Shown here piece after piece: positions 60,287 to 64,000 of a stretch of 64,000 nt of DNA (the first letter of the stretch is position 1; every line of letters begins with the position of its first letter). The position numbers were made by a program, and so were the translations under genes. The stretch covers positions 128,771 through 192,770 of the forward strand of contig CAVZGV010000003.1 in NCBI GenBank assembly GCA_963774955.1, given 5' to 3'. The notes below the pieces were generated by a model that searched no databases, was not told the DNA's origin, and saw only the letters and a program-made list of their open reading frames with translations. The stretch comes from Candidatus Falkowbacteria bacterium (GTDB lineage Bacteria; Patescibacteriota; Patescibacteriia; CAIXNZ01).

Positions 60287-60433
60287 TTGCTACCTCCATT
60301 GTAATGATTTTTTAGTATATCGTAAGTTGAAAAAAAAGTCAATAATTGATATTGTTACATATATACAAATCAGCTACGAATTTACAAATATAGTAATTTT
60401 TTTAAAAAATTCGTAGATCTGTATCTTATCCGT

Positions 60434-60463
60434 TCCGCGTAGCGGAATGCCGCTCCGCGGCGT
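60434..60463 (+). promoter_or_regulatory. double GC hairpin immediately upstream of mutL (same family as at 3358, 5028 and 50161)
   Basis: TTCCGC-GTA-GCGGAA followed by GCCGC-TCC-GCGGC. Confidence 0.45.
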
Positions 60464-60477
60464 AAATTAGTAACAAT

Positions 60478-62259
60478 ATGACTAAGATTCAACGTTTAGA
60501 TCAAGATTTAATCAATAAAATTGCTGCCGGCGAGGTTGTCGAGCGGCCGGCTTCAGTTGTTAAAGAGTTGGTCGAGAATTCCATTGACGCCGGTGCTGAC
60601 CAGATTGCTATCGACTTGGAGAAAGGTGGTATTGATTTGATAGTAATTACTGATAATGGCAGCGGCATGAGCAGGGAAGACGCCGAACTTGCAGTTGAGA
60701 GACATGCGACTTCAAAGATTACCAAACTTGATGATCTTTTTGATATTCAAACCATGGGTTTTCGCGGGGAAGCTTTGGCCAGCATATCTGCTGTCGCCCA
60801 ATTTACTTTGGAAACCAAAATTAAAGAGAGCATTGAAGGCACTAAGTTGCTTATGGCTAATGGCAAATGGCAAATAGCTTCATGCGGATGTCCCAAAGGT
60901 ACAAAAATAGCAATTAAAGATTTGTTTTACAATGTGCCGGCGCGCAAGAAGTTTTTAAAAACTCCGCTGACCGAGTACAATCATATTTTAGAAATTATTA
61001 CGGCGTTTGGTTTAATCCAACCTCAAATTAGTTTTAAACTGACTCATAATAAGGTTATGGTTTTAAATTTATCCAAAACAGATAATTGGCTTGATCGGGT
61101 TAAACAGGTTTTGGGTCAGGATCTGGCCAAGGATTTAATTGAAATCAAACAGCCGGGTACAATTGAAATTTCTGGGTTTGTGGGCAAACCGCAAATCGCT
61201 CGCCAAAACCGTAAGTCCCAGTTTGTATTTGTGAATAATCGTTATGTCAGCGATTATCTGATTGCCAAGGCGGTCAAAGAAGCTTATGGCAGTTTGATCC
61301 CGCGGGAATTAAATCCTGTTTTTGTATTAAGCTTGAACTTGCCGTCAAAGATGGTTGATGTCAATGTGCATCCGCAAAAAGCCGAAGTGAAATTTGCCAA
61401 TTCTAATGAAGTTTATTCTGCTGTGTTGCAGGCAGTTCAGAGATTTTTAGCCCAGAATATGACCGTCGCTCAATATCAGGTTGAAGCGCCAGCTAACGGC
61501 AAGCTTTATACTTTAAAATCACAACCTGAAGCACGTGAATATAAACCCGCGGTCAGTTACCAGTCGCATTTTCAAAATATTAAATCCCAGCCTGGGACTT
61601 CATCTCAGGCTTTGGAATTCTCCAAACAGATCTTGAAGGATGATTTTGCTGAACAAAAAGACCAGCAAAATATCGGGGACTGGAAATTACTGGGTCAGAT
61701 TCATAATGCTTATCTTTTAGTTGATTCTCCTAGCGCGATTTTGATCATTGACCAGCATGCGGCTGCGGAACGTTTGCTATATGAGCGATTTAAAGCTGAA
61801 TATGACAATCACGGCATCAAGTCCCAAAAATTACTCTTGCCTTTGAATCTGGAATTGTCACATCGAGAAGTGGAGGTTTTAAATCAGAGTTTGGAATTTT
61901 TGAAACATCTGGGTTTTGATATAGAAATTTTCGGGGCTAATACTTTCAAGGTCAATGCTGTGCCGCAGGAACTGGATAAACTGGATGTTAAGGCGACAAT
62001 TTTAGGCTTAATTAATGATTTGGAAGTCAATGATTTTGATAAAGCCAAGTCAGTGGAAGACAAAAAAGATTTGATTATCAAATATGCCGCTTGCCGCGGT
62101 GCCATTAAATTTCAGGACAAACTGGAATCAGAAGAACAAATTAAATTGCTAGAAGATGTTCGAGATATGAAGGATAAAATAAATACCTGCCCGCATGGTA
62201 GACCTTTTATTATGGAGCTGACCATGGATCAGTTGGCTAAAAATTTTAAGAGGAAATAA
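60478..62259 (+). CDS. mutL: DNA mismatch repair MutL
   Basis: GHKL ATPase motifs (ELVENSIDAGA; DNGSGM; GFRGEAL) and the C-terminal dimerisation domain. Confidence 0.9.
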   Translation: MTKIQRLDQDLINKIAAGEVVERPASVVKELVENSIDAGADQIAIDLEKGGIDLIVITDNGSGMSREDAELAVERHATSKITKLDDLFDIQTMGFRGEALASISAVAQFTLETKIKESIEGTKLLMANGKWQIASCGCPKGTKIAIKDLFYNVPARKKFLKTPLTEYNHILEIITAFGLIQPQISFKLTHNKVMVLNLSKTDNWLDRVKQVLGQDLAKDLIEIKQPGTIEISGFVGKPQIARQNRKSQFVFVNNRYVSDYLIAKAVKEAYGSLIPRELNPVFVLSLNLPSKMVDVNVHPQKAEVKFANSNEVYSAVLQAVQRFLAQNMTVAQYQVEAPANGKLYTLKSQPEAREYKPAVSYQSHFQNIKSQPGTSSQALEFSKQILKDDFAEQKDQQNIGDWKLLGQIHNAYLLVDSPSAILIIDQHAAAERLLYERFKAEYDNHGIKSQKLLLPLNLELSHREVEVLNQSLEFLKHLGFDIEIFGANTFKVNAVPQELDKLDVKATILGLINDLEVNDFDKAKSVEDKKDLIIKYAACRGAIKFQDKLESEEQIKLLEDVRDMKDKINTCPHGRPFIMELTMDQLAKNFKRK

Positions 62260-62350
62260 AAGACAAGCAGTCTAGGTGTCATTCAGAGTGCAACGTGGAA
62301 TCCATTAAGTCCTGGATCCTTTGCTCCGCTCTGGATGACTGCTTGTCTTT
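62258..62350. repeat. ~95-nt hairpin-bounded repeat element, copy 2 (inverted orientation), terminator after mutL
   Basis: Terminal inverted repeats AAAGACAAGCAGTC/GACTGCTTGTCTTT. The core reverse-complement shares ATGGATTCCACG...CTCTGAATGACA with copy 1. Confidence 0.6.
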
Positions 62351-62456
62351 TATTTTTGCGTAAAAAATGGTATAATATAATAAGATTTTGGATTATAGAT
62401 TTTAGGTTTTAGTTTGGATCCAAAATCTAAAATCTAAAACACTAAAATCCAATCTT

Positions 62457-63155
62457 ATGCCTAAGAAAAAAAATATAATCCCAGTTCATCCAATGGAAAA
62501 AGCCATTCCTTTAAATAAAATGTCAGATATTACCTGGCGCATTTTTCGCATTATGGCTGAATTTGTGGAGGGCTTTCAGTTTTTATCGCAGTTTCATAAA
62601 GAAGTCACTATTTTCGGTTCAGCACGGTTGGATTCCAAATCAAAATGGTCCAAAGAAGCTGAAAAGCTTGGAGGCTTATTGGCTAAAAGCGGTTACTCAG
62701 TCATTACCGGTGGTGGACCAGGTATTATGGAATCGGGGAATAAGGGCGCTTTTAAAGTTAATCCCAGTAAATCAATCGGTATTAACATCCAATTACCCAC
62801 AGAACAACGGACCAATCCTTTTGTCTCTAAAAGTAAAGGGTTCTATTATTTTTTCACCAGAAAAGTCATGTTGGCGGCGTCAGCGCAATCATACATATTT
62901 TTTCCCGGTGGTTATGGTACAGCCGATGAATTTATGGAAATTCTGGTTTTGATACAGACCAAAAAGATGCAAAAGATTTCCATGATTTTAGTCGGCAAGG
63001 AATTTTGGACTCCTTTGGTTGATTGGTTTAAAAAAACCATGTTAGATAAATACCAGACCATTAACCCTGAGGATTTGAAATTGTTTAATATTGTTGATAA
63101 GGCCGAAGATGCCATGAAGATAATTAAGAAGTCACGGGAAAGAACGATTTTTTAA
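62457..63155 (+). CDS. LOG-family protein (TIGR00730; cytokinin riboside 5'-monophosphate phosphoribohydrolase-like)
   Basis: VITGGGPGIMESGNKGA and PGGYGTADEFMEIL. Confidence 0.8.
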   Translation: MPKKKNIIPVHPMEKAIPLNKMSDITWRIFRIMAEFVEGFQFLSQFHKEVTIFGSARLDSKSKWSKEAEKLGGLLAKSGYSVITGGGPGIMESGNKGAFKVNPSKSIGINIQLPTEQRTNPFVSKSKGFYYFFTRKVMLAASAQSYIFFPGGYGTADEFMEILVLIQTKKMQKISMILVGKEFWTPLVDWFKKTMLDKYQTINPEDLKLFNIVDKAEDAMKIIKKSRERTIF

Positions 63156-63294
63156 ATAACAAATATTAAATAACAAATCACAAATAAGCATCAAATCTCA
63201 AATTTTAAATTTTAAACAGTTTGAAGTTTTGGGGTTTGATTATTGAAATTTATTTGGAGCTTGTAATTTGTGATTTGGTGCTTTTATGTAAATT

Positions 63295-64000
63295 ATGTCA
63301 ATTATTACTAAAATAAAAGCAACTTCGGACTTGAAGTCTGACATCAAGAAATTAATCCAACCAATCATCGGCGATCTTGCCAGCTTTATCAAACCCACTG
63401 ACCGGGTTTTACTCAAACCGAATTTTAATACGGCTGATCCTTTTCCCGGCTCAACAGCTATTGATTTTTTACAGGCAGTAATTGAAGTTTTTAGCGAGGC
63501 CAAGCCCAAGGAACTTATTGTAGGTGAATCATGCACCTATTTTTTAAATACTGAAAAAGTTTGTCAGGCCAAAGGCGTCCCGGCCATCATGGAAAAATTT
63601 AAAGTTACCTGGCACAATTTTGAAAGCGGGGAGTGGGTGAAAGTAAATATTCCGGGTGGTAAATATTTTAAAAGCATTAAAATTCCTAAACTAATTCAGG
63701 AGGTTGATAAACTGATTTTATTGCCTTGCTTGAAAACTCATTTTTTGGCTGCCTATACCGGCGCTCTAAAAATTAATATTGGAATGCTCAAGCCCTCGTT
63801 ACGGGGACGCTTGCATTTGAATCATTTGCAGGAGCGAGTGGCTGAAGTCGCTTCGGTTTTTAAACCAGATTTGATTATCATGGACGGACGCAAGTGTTTT
63901 ACCGAAGGCGGGCCTGATAAAGGCAAAGTGGAAGAGCCAAATATATTAATGGCCGGGAATGACATGGTGGCTGTTGATGTGGAGGGCATTAAAATTTTAC
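63295..64000 (+). CDS. DUF362-like protein, 3' end outside the window
   Basis: VLLKPNFNTADPFPGSTAIDFLQAVIEVF; the ORF is open to the window end. Confidence 0.45.
   Translation, partial: MSIITKIKATSDLKSDIKKLIQPIIGDLASFIKPTDRVLLKPNFNTADPFPGSTAIDFLQAVIEVFSEAKPKELIVGESCTYFLNTEKVCQAKGVPAIMEKFKVTWHNFESGEWVKVNIPGGKYFKSIKIPKLIQEVDKLILLPCLKTHFLAAYTGALKINIGMLKPSLRGRLHLNHLQERVAEVASVFKPDLIIMDGRKCFTEGGPDKGKVEEPNILMAGNDMVAVDVEGIKIL

Overview
Low-GC, gene-dense bacterial window (by eye roughly 35% G+C, short intergenic regions, many small membrane proteins), consistent with a reduced genome such as Candidate Phyla Radiation/Patescibacteria. I could not compute composition or run any searches.

Housekeeping genes:
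- Cell-wall genes: an SPFH protein, a class B PBP (ftsI-like) and murF.
- A heat-shock locus, CIRCE-hrcA-grpE-[reverse gene]-dnaK-...-dnaJ, in which dnaK is broken by about six frameshifts.
- A surface-polysaccharide cluster: Wzx flippase, GT4, GT1, GT2 and an O-antigen-ligase-like gene.
- dnaG-rpoD, an ABC-F ATPase, an LCP-family gene, DedA, a CBS-pair protein and an MgtA-like P-type ATPase.
- A heavily frameshifted mutS, an intact mutL, and a LOG-family gene.

RNA genes: tRNA-Glu(CUC) followed by a degenerate tRNA-like element; tRNA-Asn(GUU) on the minus strand; and two GC-rich non-coding transcripts on the minus strand between the GT2 and O-antigen-ligase genes, each with its own promoter and terminator. 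One of these may be RNase P RNA.

The most unusual region lies immediately 3' of tRNA-Glu, at 5.1-11.5 kb. It is visibly GC-richer than its flanks and carries a tightly coupled six-gene operon:
- two small unknown proteins;
- a two-domain classical AAA ATPase;
- a vWA/MIDAS protein;
- a truncated pyruvate-kinase-like barrel;
- a divergent adenylosuccinate-synthetase (PurA/PurZ-like) homolog.
It is followed by an ArsR/SdpR-SdpI-like pair. I regard this as a candidate undescribed nucleotide-modifying accessory or conflict system.

Other accessory-looking loci:
- an island next to tRNA-Asn with a PEP-utilizing (PPDK N-domain) enzyme and a small Lys-rich, Cys-rich peptide ORF;
- a cluster of small genes between mutS and mutL, each with its own terminator-promoter module, including two paralogous Cys-motif proteins.

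Several repeat families recur: a double-hairpin GC motif showing covariation, nested palindromic intergenic elements, a ~95-nt hairpin-bounded element present twice, and TACAAAT/TACAGAT heptamer arrays.

No CRISPR array, rRNA gene, integrase or transposase was seen.
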